Below the pieces are notes generated by a model. That model was given only the letters and a program-made list of their open reading frames with translations, had not been told where the DNA came from and made no database searches. A program made the position numbers and the translations under genes. From Batkoa obscura (taxonomy: Eukaryota), in contig JASVEC010000002.1 in the NCBI GenBank assembly GCA_030770535.1, positions 1,612,001 to 1,676,000 on the forward strand: a stretch of 64,000 bases of DNA. The letters are read 5' to 3'. This document shows, one piece after another, positions 1 to 13,157 of this stretch. Numbering within the stretch: the first letter of the stretch is position 1; every line of letters starts with the position of its first letter.

Positions 1-1146
1 TATAAAGGTAAAGCTCATGGAGCTTATAAGTAAAAATAATCAGTCCATTACTTAGTTCAGCATCTTTTTGTCCAAACTTATTTCATATTATTAACAGATG
101 GGTTCCCATAAAACTAAAAGGCTTTCATCATCTCTACATCCTTATTTAATTAATTTTTAACTCAAATCATTAATAAATCATTTAAGTGTATGAATTTTAT
201 TTAGTTTTTACTATTTGGTTGTAAACACGTTTTATTATTATCTGTTTTCCAATTGAAGATATATGACAATGACTCTAAATATCTTATAAATAATTCTTTG
301 AGTTAACAAAATGGGAGCTATTCGATAAAAAGGTATCTTTTTAATATCAATAAATGTCACTTATTGTCCTTAGCTAAACTATAATAATAACCATTAGCTT
401 AATACAAACGACACTAAATACCTATTATTTTAAACTTAATACTATCCTTAACGCTAAATTTCCATTTGTTAATAAACGCTACCATAAAGATAAGACACTT
501 GAGAGTGGTTATTAGGATTATTGACACCAATTTGAAGATCATTATTAAGATAGTAAAAATTAGGTTGTCAATTGCACTTATCAAGTTTCAGAGGCTATTT
601 ATTTCTTAAGCTTCCACAATATTATTAAGTTATTCAACATTATAACATTGGTTTTCAGCATTCGGGTTCTTTTAATTTTCAGTCGTCCTTTTACTATTAA
701 TTACTCAAGTAGCAATAGAATTTAAAACTCTGATATCCTAATTTCCATACTAATTTTTATAATGTATAAGCATAATATTTATTTAAAATGTATATAATAT
801 CTTATGAAACTTTCAATAGAAGTAACTTTATAATAAGTTAAAGTTTTAAAAACTATTAAGCTTTCAAAAGGTTTTTTATATATACTAATAAAGCATATGA
901 AAGTTACTAACATTTTCAAGTTTAAAAAAAGTACTTGTGATTAGTTTGTTATTTCCAAACAATTTTAAACTTGAAATTCAAACTTAAAATATTATTTCAA
1001 ATATTTTAATAGTATTCTAAAAGGGTATTATTAGAGTATTTACTTAGCGAAAGTGCCAATATGCTAAATGACATTATATATATCAATAAGTTTAAAGAGT
1101 AGCATCTTAATAATAGCAATGAATTCCAGTTCTTGTGGAAAGATAT

Positions 1147-1230
1147 GGGGATATATTTTTTATTAGCAATTTTTCCACTCAAATAGCACTTAAGAAATGA
1201 AAAAGCGATGAAACCAAAAAAAACACACCC
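1147..1230 (+). mobile_element. MITE family 1 copy (internally deleted)
   Basis: ATAT-GGGG...CCC-ATAT ends; core TCCACTCAAATAGCACTTAAG. Confidence 0.8.
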
Positions 1231-1321
1231 ATATACTTTTTATTCTTTTAAAAGCGTAAGTAATAATTTAACCGTTAGTTTTAGTTGCTATTATTGAAAT
1301 AAAATTATAGTCTAACAATAT

Positions 1322-1417
1322 GGGGATGTATTTTTGTGTTTAAGAATTTTACTAATAATTTTTCCGCTTAAATAGCGCTTAAAAATGGAAAAAATAATGG
1401 AGTCAAAAAACATTCCG
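1322..1417 (+). mobile_element. MITE family 1 copy
   Basis: GGGGATGTATTTTT start, core TCCGCTTAAATAGCGCTTAAAA, ATAT flanks. Confidence 0.85.
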
Positions 1418-3031
1418 ATATCTTAAATTCCTTAAACGAATAATTATAAAAAAATACATAACTAACAAGATATAATTAAAATTTTAACAATGCTTAATCC
1501 AAACAAGCTAGCATTGTTCAACTTTTCGGGTATATTATTAATTTATTTTAATAAAAAATTAGCAAAAGTTCTGAATTTTTACGATTTCTTCCAAAATAAA
1601 ATACAAATACAATATTTCCTAGCAAAGATTTCCAAGTTGTGTATAAAATAATTATGTAAATGTTCACTAAATTTTAATTCAAGGTAATGTAAACATTGAG
1701 GTTACATCAAAAGTTTTTCTATAATCGTAAAAAAAGATTGATGATTATTAAGCCATTTTTAAGATGATACAGGTAGTGTATAAGATACTTTGTAAAGAAG
1801 ATTAAGGGTATTTGATACTATAATTTAAAGTTAGAGTTTCACTTTAAAAGTCAAAGAGAGACATACATCAAGTACATTATAAAGTATGCCAAATACCTTT
1901 TTAGTATTCCGCTTAAAGTGGTGGTTACTCTAAAAAATTGAACTCTTTTTTAATTAAACCTTGGTTTTAAATGGACTTTTATTAAGGGTTTGTTAATTCA
2001 CATTGTAATTTCTATAAAATATAAAATATCAAAGTTAATCTTAATCTTTTAAAAATATATAAAGTAATTATGTAGTTTGATAAAAATCGGCTGTTTTTTG
2101 TTTACAGCAATATATTTATTGTATAATATGTCAAAAGTAGTGGTAGTGATGATTGTTTTTGACAAAATTACTAATGGATTGATTATAAAGTCTAGATTTA
2201 TGATTATGTAATTAAAAATATCCTCAAAATGCAAAATTAATTACAAAAAAATTAATATAGAACCAACATAAAAATCTAGATTTTAATATTACAATACTTT
2301 TTAATGATAAGCTCTTCCACTTAACGATTAAATAAAGTAGTATTCGAATTTTCATAGATGAGATCATATTAAAAAACAAGCAGATGCGTTTAGTTTAACA
2401 CGATTTAACCAAGTAATTTTATACTTTATTTAACTAAATTTTTCTCAAAAAAATTATATCATCTTGCATATTTTAATATTTCAAATATTTTATCATTTTT
2501 TGCTTTAAATATTAAATAAAATTAATGAGATAATAATACTATTGTAATGTAATTTTAACTAACAAATATCAAATAGAATTTGTGAAAAAATTTAAAAATT
2601 TACTTGTTTGCTACCCTCAACGATTTAGGGTAATGAAACCAAGCATTATAAAAATCTATTAAAATTTTTAGGATCTTAAAAAAAGACAACTAAAAAGGAT
2701 GCTATAATACTAACTAACAAATTCATTCATTTAGCTAAATAAAAATAGAACATTTATTTGAAATCCAATTTATAATTTATTCAATACTACCTTTTTTTTC
2801 TCCACTTTTAAATAAACTCAATCTAGACTCTCCCTTTTCTAAAAGTAACATTGAGATTTATAACCGATCCGAGTATAAAAGTATATAAGAACAATCCAAG
2901 TAAATAAAAAAAGTTATTGAATATTATTTTGTATTGAAAATTTAGTTTTCGTTTATTTATTTACTATAATTAATTTAACTAATAATATCCCATTTAACAA
3001 AGCTGGTATTTGTATATTACACAATTTAAAT

Positions 3032-3631
3032 ATGGAATCCCAATACAGTTTTATACCCGTCAATAATACATTTAATAATAATACCATTACCCCTAATAGC
3101 AGTGTAAAGAATACTACTGATGTAAGTGAGTATAGATTTATAGATGAAAACAATATGAATCGATTTCCGAAATACAGTTATTCTGTACCTAATGTGAATA
3201 TCAAATCAGAAGTACCAATTCGAAGGAAACAAATTAATATACGTTTACCCTCTTTGAAAGATTTAAATTTAATCCCCATTACATATAAAGAAGCCGAAGT
3301 AGGTGCTAATAATCATTTGACTAGTCCAATACAAACTCAAAGTGAACCTAACTTACATGAATCAAATCCAAAATTTATAATCATTCATGAGAATCAACAC
3401 GATAGTCCACTACCTAATCAAAGGTGGAAAGTTACTAAAGAACAGGCTAAATTATTAAATTCGATATTAAAAAAAAATTATTATCCTAATACGCAATTAA
3501 GAAATAAGTTAGCTAAAGAATTAGCTTTATCTCCAAGGACAGTTCAAATTTGGTTTCAAAATAAACGACAAGCTTATAAGTATAAGTTTGGTACTAATCC
3601 CCCACATTCTAATCAATTGAATCATATTTAA
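3032..3631 (+). CDS. Homeodomain transcription factor (single exon, C-terminal homeodomain)
   Basis: RWKVTKEQAKLL...YPNTQLRNKLAKELALSPRTVQIWFQNKRQ matches the homeodomain helix 3 WFQNxR signature; LPSL motif upstream. Confidence 0.9.
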   Translation: MESQYSFIPVNNTFNNNTITPNSSVKNTTDVSEYRFIDENNMNRFPKYSYSVPNVNIKSEVPIRRKQINIRLPSLKDLNLIPITYKEAEVGANNHLTSPIQTQSEPNLHESNPKFIIIHENQHDSPLPNQRWKVTKEQAKLLNSILKKNYYPNTQLRNKLAKELALSPRTVQIWFQNKRQAYKYKFGTNPPHSNQLNHI

Positions 3632-5251
3632 TATTATTTGCTCCTTTTTTACTTTTCCTTGTGCTCTGTTTGAGTTTTTATTTATTTTAGGTTTTTTAAT
3701 TAATCTTTTATTTTTATTTATTTATTTCAATTAATAAACCCTCGTTTTAATCTTATCAAGTTGTATTTTTAATTTATCTAATAATCTAGATTCTCTTATA
3801 ACTCAAATAAAATTCGTTTCTTTTAAATATTATAATTAGATAGATTACAGTAAAATAAAATTTATTTACTTTATCAAATAAATGCTAGATTAAGGGAGAA
3901 GCTTAAAAAAATACCCCAATAAAACTAAATTGAGGTAACTAAAATCAAGTATCCAATAATATTTGTCGAACTAGGACTCTTGTAAGGATTTTTAATTAGC
4001 TAATTTGAGGTTTTGTCAAATTTTAATATATTTTTTTAGGACATTTGTAAAGGACTATTTTTGATTAGATGAATTTGAATGCTATGTTAAAATTTGGAAT
4101 ATATTACTTTCAGTTTGAATGCAAGTTTCAACTAAATAAAAAAATCAAATAAAAAAATTAAATAAAAGAATTATAGAATTCGGTTTCTAGGTTTTAACTT
4201 TTTAGTTTTTAAACAGTTAAGTTTTTAATTACTTTTATTATATTTATTTATTAAAAAGCATATATTTAGTTACTTTGATGTTTTTTCTCGATATACCTTT
4301 TTTATAACTAAATTAAAAATCGGAAAATGATTACATTTTGAGCCGATTTTAACCCAATATTGTAATTTATTTGGTTTTATATGAAAAATGCTTTAAGGCA
4401 ACGATAAATGTATTAATAAAAACTAATTAAATTTCAAACCTTTGGAGTCAATACTTATTATTTCTTATTCAAATGAGTCAAGTTTCTTTTATTTTTAATG
4501 CAAATTGATCACTTCAATATTAAAAGCAAGCTATGTTTGCATACAATTTAAATAATAGCCAAATTAAGAATCACTACTATTATAATATTTATATAAGATA
4601 AAAAATAATCTAAGTCTTTATATAATCATCTTTATTAATACACATTCAAAAACCATTTTTAATGTGGTATTTAATTTAATATTAAAATAAAGAGTGTTAG
4701 ATTCTATAGAAAAATGGATTGTAGATGCTAAATCATTATATAACTACTTCTAAGTTAATTCTTTATTTCAAACACACTACTACTCTCTATTATAATAATA
4801 TGAGTTGCTATTACAAATAATACTATTTTACTAATCATTTATTATGGACTATAATATAATATCAGCATGGTTATTATAAGTAATCCAACTAGTATAAATA
4901 TATTAAAAGATCCTTATTAAATGAGTGATTTTTATTTATATTCGAGTATAACATTATTTTATGTTAAGTTCCTTGCTAAGAAAATAAAACTAAAAGATTA
5001 AAGGATGATATTGAAGCTAGCCTAATTTAAACTTAGAATCTTCCAAGTTGAGATTTAAGCAAAGTAAAAAAAATTTTCAACAAAAACAAATTTAATTTTA
5101 TTCAAAACAAAATCCATTTATTTGAAATAATTGCAAAACTTGCAAATGAAGCAACTGTGATTAAAGATTGAATTTATCTTTTAGTTAAATTTTGATAATA
5201 GAAGATAAGTATATAATAGACCAAACCCAGTCCAACAGTCCAACAAAAAAA

Positions 5252-6885
5252 ATGCGTTTTACTCCGATAACCTTCAACACACTCGTCAACCCCTTGCGCT
5301 ACAATCCAGGTACTCGAAGTATTAATTGGTTTCCAGGACATATGGCCAAAGGTATTCGAGAGATTGAAACTCGACTTAAACAAATTGATGTTATTCTTGA
5401 AATACGAGACTGCCGAATACCATTAAGTTCTATTAATCCTAGATTTGAACAGATGATTAAAAATGAAAGAATGAGGAATAGGGATGGTAGCAATGACATT
5501 CAAAGAGTGATTGTGTATAATAAAAGGGATTTGATAGAGGATAAAGAAGTTAAAGTAAATTAATAGGTTTATTATTAATTTTCTGAACAGTAATTAATAC
5601 GATGGTTTTAGTTGATTAAATATGGGTTCAAAAAATACACTTCTGATAAATTATTATTTACTGATAAAAATGAAAATCAAACAGTAGAAAGATTGTTGAA
5701 TGTTATTAAAGGTAAACATACAAATCTTATAATATAATAAGAATAATAAAAATAATAAAAATAATCTTAAAAGGTGATATCAAAAAACAACCTTTGCGTT
5801 ATCCATTCCTTAATGTTATGGTAGTGGGTATGCCTAATGTTGGTAAATCAAGTATTATTAACTCATTAAGAAGAGTGGGGGTCAATAAAGGTAATCGGAT
5901 TAAGAAGAAACCATAGAAATCTTTATAAAAATTGATAAAATAATTAGGTAAAGCTTTAACAACTGGGGGACAACCAGGAATTACTAGAAATATTTCTTCT
6001 TCTATTAAAGTAGCTGATAATCCAGCTATTTATTTATATGATACTCCAGGTAAGTTTGAAACATTATTATATAATTTATCTAAATCGAATTTATACTTAT
6101 ATTCTTAATTAGGCGTTATGATACCTCATATACCAGATCCATTAATATCTTTAAAAGTGGCATTATCAGGTAATATTAATTATCAAAATGTAATTATATG
6201 TTAACAGTATTAATATTATATTATAGGTGGTATTCATGATCATTTAGCAGATGAAATTATATTAAGTGATTATTTATTATGGGAATTAAATCAACGTAGT
6301 GAAAGAAATTATCATCAATTATATTTAAAAAATGATAATAATAATATAGAAAACGTAGACAATAATAATATAAATAATATAGATGATATCAACGAATTAT
6401 TAACTAAAATAGCAAATAAAGCAGGTATATTAAATAAAGGAGGAATAGTTAACTTAAATGAAGCAGCAAAATATTTCTTAAAAAGATATCGATTAGGTAA
6501 ATTAGGTAAATTTGTGTTAGATGATATTACAGAATTAGGATTCCAACATTATTTTAATTATTTAAATGCAGTTAATGATATGAATTTTAAAAATAAAAAA
6601 ATTCATGTAATTAATAAAAAGAATTTAAGTGATAGTAATAATTATGAGAATGAGAGTGTTATTGATAATAATAGGGGTAATGAAAAGAATATAAGAAATA
6701 AGGATAACAAGGATAAGATAAAGAATAAAGAGAATATGGATATAAATAATACAAATAATATATATAACATTAATCCCAATTATCAAATAATACCATCTAA
6801 ACAGTTAAAATTAAAAATGAAAAAACAAATAAGATTAGATAAAATTAATAAGAAAAAAGCAATGATGCCAGGATTAAAATTTTAA
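5252..6885 (+). CDS. MTG1: Mitochondrial ribosome-assembly GTPase (YlqF/RbgA family), ~6 exons
   Basis: INWFPGHMAKG, EIRDCRIPLSSINP, NKRDL (G4), VVGMPNVGKSSIINSL (P-loop), PGITR and LYDTPG motifs across exons joined by GT-AG introns (first intron 5555-5611); ends ...MPGLKF TAA 6883-6885. Confidence 0.92.
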
Positions 6886-8494
6886 TTAAGATAAATCAAA
6901 TTTACTCAAAATAGAATCCCTTGTATAAAAATAGACTTCATTTAATGAGTTACCTTTCATAGATAATATAGGATCTAAATCATCAATTAAAATTTCGGAA
7001 TTATAATGAAGTTTTAAGGTATTGTTAATAGAAGTAGAATTTAATTCAAATTGTGAAATTGTACCATCATCTAAAATAGAATAAAAATAGAATATAATTA
7101 ATAAATTATATAAATAAAAAGTAAAAATAAATGAATGATCATATTTAATTTGAACTTACCAAAACTTAATAATAATTGATTATTTATAATTAATGATTGT
7201 ATTAAACTTTTTAATTTATTAAATTGAATTTTATATAATTCAATTAATTCCAAGTTTGATAGATTAATTTGTATTAATTCAATAACTCCATCAGGATTAC
7301 TTTTAATTATATAATATTGATTATTATAAAATATTAGTTGACCATTTTCTATTCTATTATCAAAGTGAATCTTTTTAATTATATTTTTATCTTTTAAATT
7401 AATAAAATTAATTTCTTTAATTGTAATAACAACTGCTATTTTATCTAATAATCCAAATTCTTCTAAATTATCACTATCTCCCTCAATTTCCCTCTTTCCA
7501 TCCAACTTGATTGTTCCTACACTTAAAATCTCATCCTTTAACTTCCAATCAAACAATACTTTTTCCAAAGCAACATTCCATAACGACACCATTCTGTCCT
7601 TTCCAACAGTGATAATATTTCTTCCCTTTTCAATAATATTTAAATCAAATACTCTTTGTGAATGTGCTTTTAAACTTCTAGCAACATAATCTTTTTCTTG
7701 TAAGGATATAATTTTACTAGTTAAATCATCGGAACCAGTTAAGATCACTTGATCACTTGGAAAATGTAATACTTTATAAATTGTACCAAAATGAGCTGTA
7801 ATAGATTGAATACAAGTTAAATCAGAGGTAGAATATTCGACAAGATAACCATCGGCAGCAGCGAGGATTAATTTTGATGAACTTGAATTTAATGACATGG
7901 ATTTATGACCCTAAAGAGAAAGAGATTAGTATATCATAAGTGATAAAAAGATGATAATTACTCTTGGACCTATTTTTTTTCGTTGTAATAAAGGTTGGGA
8001 TAAATAGTGTATTTTTTGTAAAACTGTATTTTCAATAGTTGATAAAATAATGAATAAATTTGGCTATAAATTTTATTTTGTTTTTAATTTAAAGTATTAT
8101 TATTAAAATGAGTAGAATTTACCTTGATTTTATTAGTGATATCAATAGTGAGTGTTATTTTATGTTTATCCATTATTTGCACATAGATTAATTCCGTTTG
8201 ATTATTACAAGTGGTTAATAAATTAATTACATCAACAGTAATAAATTTCATTTCTAATAATTAAGATAAATAAATCATTAACAAAATTATTACAACATCA
8301 ATAATAATAAAACATCAATAATAATGCTTACCTTCCAATTGAATATTACACCAAAATTGTTTTTCATGATTAGGTAATGAGTTTAAATAATCTAATTTAT
8401 CCTTATTTTCAATTACTTGAGTTACTATTTCATACCAGTCTCTCTGAACTTTAATAGAATATAAGTCTAATTCATTGACAGCAGTTATACCCAT
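6886..8494 (-). CDS. RPN14: WD40 proteasome regulatory-particle assembly chaperone (PAAF1/Rpn14-like), multi-exon
   Basis: N-terminal IKVQRDW...FWCNIQLEGK and the WD block AHFGTIYKVLHFPSDQVILTGSDD...LKAHSQRVFDLNIIEKGRNIITVGKDRMVSLWNV resemble PAAF1 (IQSDW; FFPSGLVVLSG; DRGRNVVS). Last intron 7071-7159; stop TAA 6886-6888. Internal exon borders at 7900-8320 are approximate. Confidence 0.8.
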
Positions 8495-8668
8495 TATTAT
8501 TTTGATTAGTTGTAATAATAATAATAATAATAACAATAACAATAAAAAAAATTTGAGACTTACTGAATTTCCAACTTTTTGACTGAAGAAATTTTCAATT
8601 GAACTAAGCAAATAAAATGACGTCTTATAATTATTTGATGAAAAAAAGTAAAAATCAAATAATATCTT

Positions 8669-8957
8669 TTATTCCATCTTCTCTTTTTTTTTTTTCACAT
8701 TGATATAATTAAAAGGACAATGTCGACAGCGATTACCACAACAGTTACCTCTTTTAAGATGATAAAGATCAGTAAATACTAAATACCCAGTTTCAGGATC
8801 TTTATAATAATCTTTATTTTGCTAATTAAAAAAACAATTAATATTAATAATCAGTAGTGATAATAAATGGAAGCAATTTACTTACTTTTATTGCTTTTGA
8901 ATATACTTCTTCATATGGCTGATTATGATGAGAATTAATGTAATTGGAATTACTCAT
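8669..8957 (-). CDS. Small Cys-rich DUF5522/C1orf53-like protein (2 exons; absent from ORF track)
   Basis: ATG 8957, intron 8822-8885 (GTAAGT..TAG); translates YYKDPETGYLVFTDLYHLKRGNCCGNRCRHCPFNYINV, the DP.TGY...RG.CCG..CRHCP signature. Confidence 0.85.
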
Positions 8958-9601
8958 ATTTCTTTTGAATATTAATTGGAAAATTGATAGTTGTTTTGAC
9001 ATGATTTTTAAATCATTGATTTTTTTAAATAAAAATTGGCTGGAGTTTTTAGTTGTTCAAATTGAAATTTGAAATTGATTGATAAAGAGCTTTGATTATT
9101 GGTTAGAATAATAATATTTTTTTTGAGTATTTGATATTTGAAATAACTTGCAGTGTTTGAAAAGAAATACTAAAAAAGCATAATCAACTTTACAATTTAA
9201 AATTTTAAAAATATTATATTATATAATTAAAGAAAAAATAAGTTTTATAATAAATAAAATTAATCAAAAAAATAATTAAGGAAGACTAATATTTTTATAT
9301 ATAAAAGTATTTATAATTTTTACAAACATTTCAAATAATTAATAATAATTCAAAAAAAGAAATTAAATTGGGAATTAAAAAATAATAATATAAAAAGCCT
9401 AAAAGGCTGTACTTTTTTAAATGCTACAAGTTTTTTTAAAAAGTTAAAATTGTAATTAATTAAAGCATGTTTTTAAACTGTAAATAACATAATTAGAAAA
9501 GCCTAAATATATATAAATTAAGTTTGAATCATATTATAAATTATAAAATTAATTCCAAAAAGCTATACAAAAGCTATTTAACCAATAAAAAGTAAATATA
9601 T

Positions 9602-9700
9602 GGGGGTGTTTTTTTTTAGCTTTATCGCTTTTTCCATTTTCAAGCGCTATTTGAGTGGAAAGGTTGTCAGTGAAATCCTTAAACAAAAAAATACATCCCC
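9602..9700 (-). mobile_element. MITE family 1 copy
   Basis: GGGGGTGTTTTT...AAAAATACATCCCC TIRs, ATAT flanks. Confidence 0.88.
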
Positions 9701-10051
9701 ATATGTTATATTTTTACAAATCAAGCGACTATTTAATCAATGTATTTTCAGGTTATTTAGTATGATCCTTGTTTTCAGCTTTTATTTTAAATCAAATACT
9801 CAACTTGATCATCAACTTTATTTTTTCTATTATTAACACAATATTATCATTTTATTATAAATAGATAGGGCAGAGTGTGGCATATTGTTGGATTGAATCC
9901 ACTTTATTGGTTCAAGATATTCAAGGTTTTGGTTTTAATTCTATCATCTTTGTTTCGAAAGCTGAGGTCTCAGTTAGCATTTATCTCATAGTGTGAAATC
10001 TGGTACTCAGGGTTTGGAGTCAAGAACAGCTATTGCTGGGTTGACTACACT

Positions 10052-10357
10052 ATAAGTCGAAAGGTCTTAGTTTATGTGACTAAGATAGACTTGGGTTATG
10101 AGGAATAGCACTTAATAGGTTACAAGCTATATAAGACAAATAGAATAGACAATGCTAATGTAAAATCTATGTAAAATACTATTAAGAAAACTTAGTGACT
10201 TTATTAAATGTTCGAGATATCAGGGATTAATTCAGTTAAAAAGCCTCGAACTATTATACTCTGTAAACTCTTTTATACTCTGAAAAGTATAAGTATCAAA
10301 ATGAGAAGATAATATTCTTTTGGGCGGAACTAGAAATTCTCATAACAAATCAAAATA
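10052..10357 (+). repeat. Dispersed repeat, homologous to 61977-62334 (probable TE relic)
   Basis: Shared blocks TAAGATAGACTT, AGACAAAT(A/G)GAATAGACAAT, GTAAAATACTAT, AAAACTTAGTG, AAATGAGAAGATAAT. Confidence 0.75.
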
Positions 10358-10727
10358 ATTAACCATGGGACTGACAAAGCGATATTTCACAATAGTTCAT
10401 ATTTCAACCAACTTACTAAAGATTGCTTTGTTATACTTTATCTTTACAAACAAGAAAAATAATGATAAGAAGAGACAACATGTTAATTTAGATCAACAAT
10501 GATTTAGTATTTTTAAACCTAAATCTTTGTTTGCTCATTAAAATAAAGCTAAATTTAAACACTTGTTCGTTGTGTTTGTAATTATTGTATCTCTTTTAAG
10601 TTGTTATTTTTGCTTTCTATACAAATAATAGCCATCATAAATGTAAAAATACTCAAAAAATAAAAAATAAAAAATAAAAATAAAATAGTTTATTCTAATT
10701 TTGAAAGCAATGTTGGTAGTAGTAGAA

Positions 10728-11837
10728 CTATAACTTTGCTCTATAAATATTGCTATCGTTATTCAGAAGGACAAATTTAGCAATGTTTTTGATAACAGAA
10801 GGATTGATAATTATTTGGTTATGGTTACCAAATCTATCATATAATAAAGTCACGTCTTTAACGTTTAAGTCAAACAAATGCTGACTAACTAAAAGCAACT
10901 GATCCATTGGTACTGCAGTATCATCACTCGATCCAATTAATAACACTTTTGGTAAATTAGAATAATTCATTTCATTAATATCTTTTAGTTTAACTGAAGT
11001 TACCGAATGCTCTTTTAATGCGCTATGATTATTTATCCCTGGAGCAAATACAATCATACGTGAAGAAGAGGTATCGATTTTTGGTTGACATATACCCATT
11101 CTTGGAAGCGATATATCCATTCCTACTGTATCTTCTAATTTAGGCTCATTTGTGACTGGTCTAATAACATCCTCTGATTCAGGATACTGTAAAATCATTC
11201 TTTTTGTATCTTCTAATTTAGACGACCCAAAAGTTAACTTTGAAGCGTCTTCTTCTACTTTAAAGGCGACAGAAGCAACATTATTGGAAAAAAAGGCGTT
11301 AGATTTAGTAATTGAAACTAAATCAAACACACCAGCAATTGAAATGATACCATTAATCCTATTGAACAAGTACAAAAAGTCGTTATTATTATAATAACTA
11401 CTTAATAGTTTTAAATATTTAGTTGAATTGAAACCAATTAAAAGAGAAATCAAGGCTCCAATTGAATGACCAGCTAGATAAATAGAATCGTAACTGAAAC
11501 CCAACTTTGTTACTATTTCGATATAACCTTTCATACAATCAATTAAGTGACTAGGGAATTGAAGGGTACCTTCATCTGAAGTTAAACGGTATTGTAGTCT
11601 TACCACATGGATTCCTAATTGACTCAATTGATCAGCTAATTGGTCAAATCCGGTAGCCATCTCGGGTGATAAAAATACTGCAGATTCAATAAATATAAGC
11701 AACGGTGCTGGACTAGTTCCAGTTTTGCTTGGGTGGATATGGTAAACGCATTTTTCGCTTTCACTACTATATTGTCTAGTTTGAACAGGATATTGCTTAC
11801 TACTGTTTATAACATGTTTAGGGAATTCAAATACCAT
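10728..11837 (-). CDS. Derived kynurenine-formamidase-like alpha/beta hydrolase (paralog A) with internal [R/K]-X5-P repeat insert and PTS1 (AKL)
   Basis: YRL, FP.HL.D, AGHSIG nucleophile elbow, GVFDL, SDDTAVP (Asp), GNHN (His), C-terminal AKL; intronless. Confidence 0.88.
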   Translation of the reverse strand: MVFEFPKHVINSSKQYPVQTRQYSSESEKCVYHIHPSKTGTSPAPLLIFIESAVFLSPEMATGFDQLADQLSQLGIHVVRLQYRLTSDEGTLQFPSHLIDCMKGYIEIVTKLGFSYDSIYLAGHSIGALISLLIGFNSTKYLKLLSSYYNNNDFLYLFNRINGIISIAGVFDLVSITKSNAFFSNNVASVAFKVEEDASKLTFGSSKLEDTKRMILQYPESEDVIRPVTNEPKLEDTVGMDISLPRMGICQPKIDTSSSRMIVFAPGINNHSALKEHSVTSVKLKDINEMNYSNLPKVLLIGSSDDTAVPMDQLLLVSQHLFDLNVKDVTLLYDRFGNHNQIIINPSVIKNIAKFVLLNNDSNIYRAKL

Positions 11838-13084
11838 CTTTTTATTTTATTTTTTGTGTTTATTTCACATTTTCAACTGTTTTTATATGTGTTTTTATCT
11901 TATTCGTGTTTCTACTTTATTAGTACCTAACATAACTATAAGAATATAATATTTCTATGTTACTCAACAGTATTTCTTTATACCATAATTTTTAGTTATA
12001 AAAATTTTGAATCCCGGTTAAGAACATTGTCAATTAAAATATGCAAAATATAGTATGGATCAACAAAAAACAGATAAGAACACAAAATAAAGCTTTGCAT
12101 ACAATAGAATAATATCGACAGGTCATTAGGTTAAAAGTAACTAATAAGTAAAAGTAAGACTTCATGCTTTTATATAGCTTAGAGTTAATCTACCCTAATA
12201 GCTGCATTTATTTTAGTTTGCGTTGGTTGTTGTAAACCTAGGTTTTAATAAATTAAAAATTACACCATTTCAACGAATCATATTATAAATAGAACTTCTT
12301 CATATTAAAACAATTCTTAGAAAAATAAATCCGAATAGCTTTAAAGTTTTATCAAAATAATAACTACCATAATTGAGCACAAATTAATAAGTTTCGGAAT
12401 TTTCGAAAAGGAAATCGAAATAAAATAAAAATATTTAAATAGTGTGTGATGTATTAAAATAAATTAATCAAATATTGTTTTTACTACTTAAATTACATGT
12501 TACTTTATATGCTCTTGATTTATTCTTAAGTATATTTATCAAGGGACTGTATACTGTTTTACCTTCCTACTATAATAGTAAATCATTAGAATAAAGTAAT
12601 TTAACTACTATTTCTTAATCTTCCTACTTTATGTCTTTAATATCAAACTGATATACATTGCTTAAGGCACCTATTCCTCCATAATACCCTAAATATTATA
12701 TACTATATGAGGAGTAAATTCCAATCAAAATCATGTAGTATATTTTTCTATTACACTATAATAACAGCAATTAATCTAAATAAAGAATTTAGCAAACCTA
12801 TTAAAGTTCTTTCATTTTTTATCAAACCAGATTAATTTTTGTTAAATATTTTACAATTAAAAATACTGAATCAATTGTTGGAACATTAGAGTAGGTTATA
12901 GTTATATGTTTTTCGTTGCTTCTAATTTTCAGTTATTCTTTATAGGTATACATTTAAAAGTTACAGTCCTATATATCTTTAAATTCATATTAAAAAATTT
13001 TAATCTGTGATTAAAAACAATAAGATTTAAACTGTACTAAATGATCTCTTAAAATAAAATTCTGACTAAAAGAACACTTCGATT

Positions 13085-13157
13085 AGCCCAACGCGGGGGT
13101 CGAACCCGCAACCTTGAGATTAAGAGTCTCACGCTCTGCCGATTGAGCTAGCCAGGC
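13085..13157 (-). tRNA. tRNA-Lys (CTT)
   Basis: Reverse complement GCCTGGCTAGCTCAATCGGCAGAGCGTGAGACTCTTAATCTCAAGGTTGCGGGTTCGACCCCCGCGTTGGGCT; cloverleaf, anticodon CTT. Confidence 0.96.

Noticed and set aside
8315..8611. ORF with a poly-Leu stretch resembling a signal peptide
   Set aside because: The Leu run comes from an upstream TTA/TTG microsatellite-like tract; the PAAF1-like gene most plausibly starts at ATG 8494.
9600..9836. Short ORFs with similar FKRYL/ALKRWKK peptides (9600, 18022, 21351, 29136, 29172, 47420, 47737)
   Set aside because: The shared peptides are translations of MITE family 1 copies, not a protein family.
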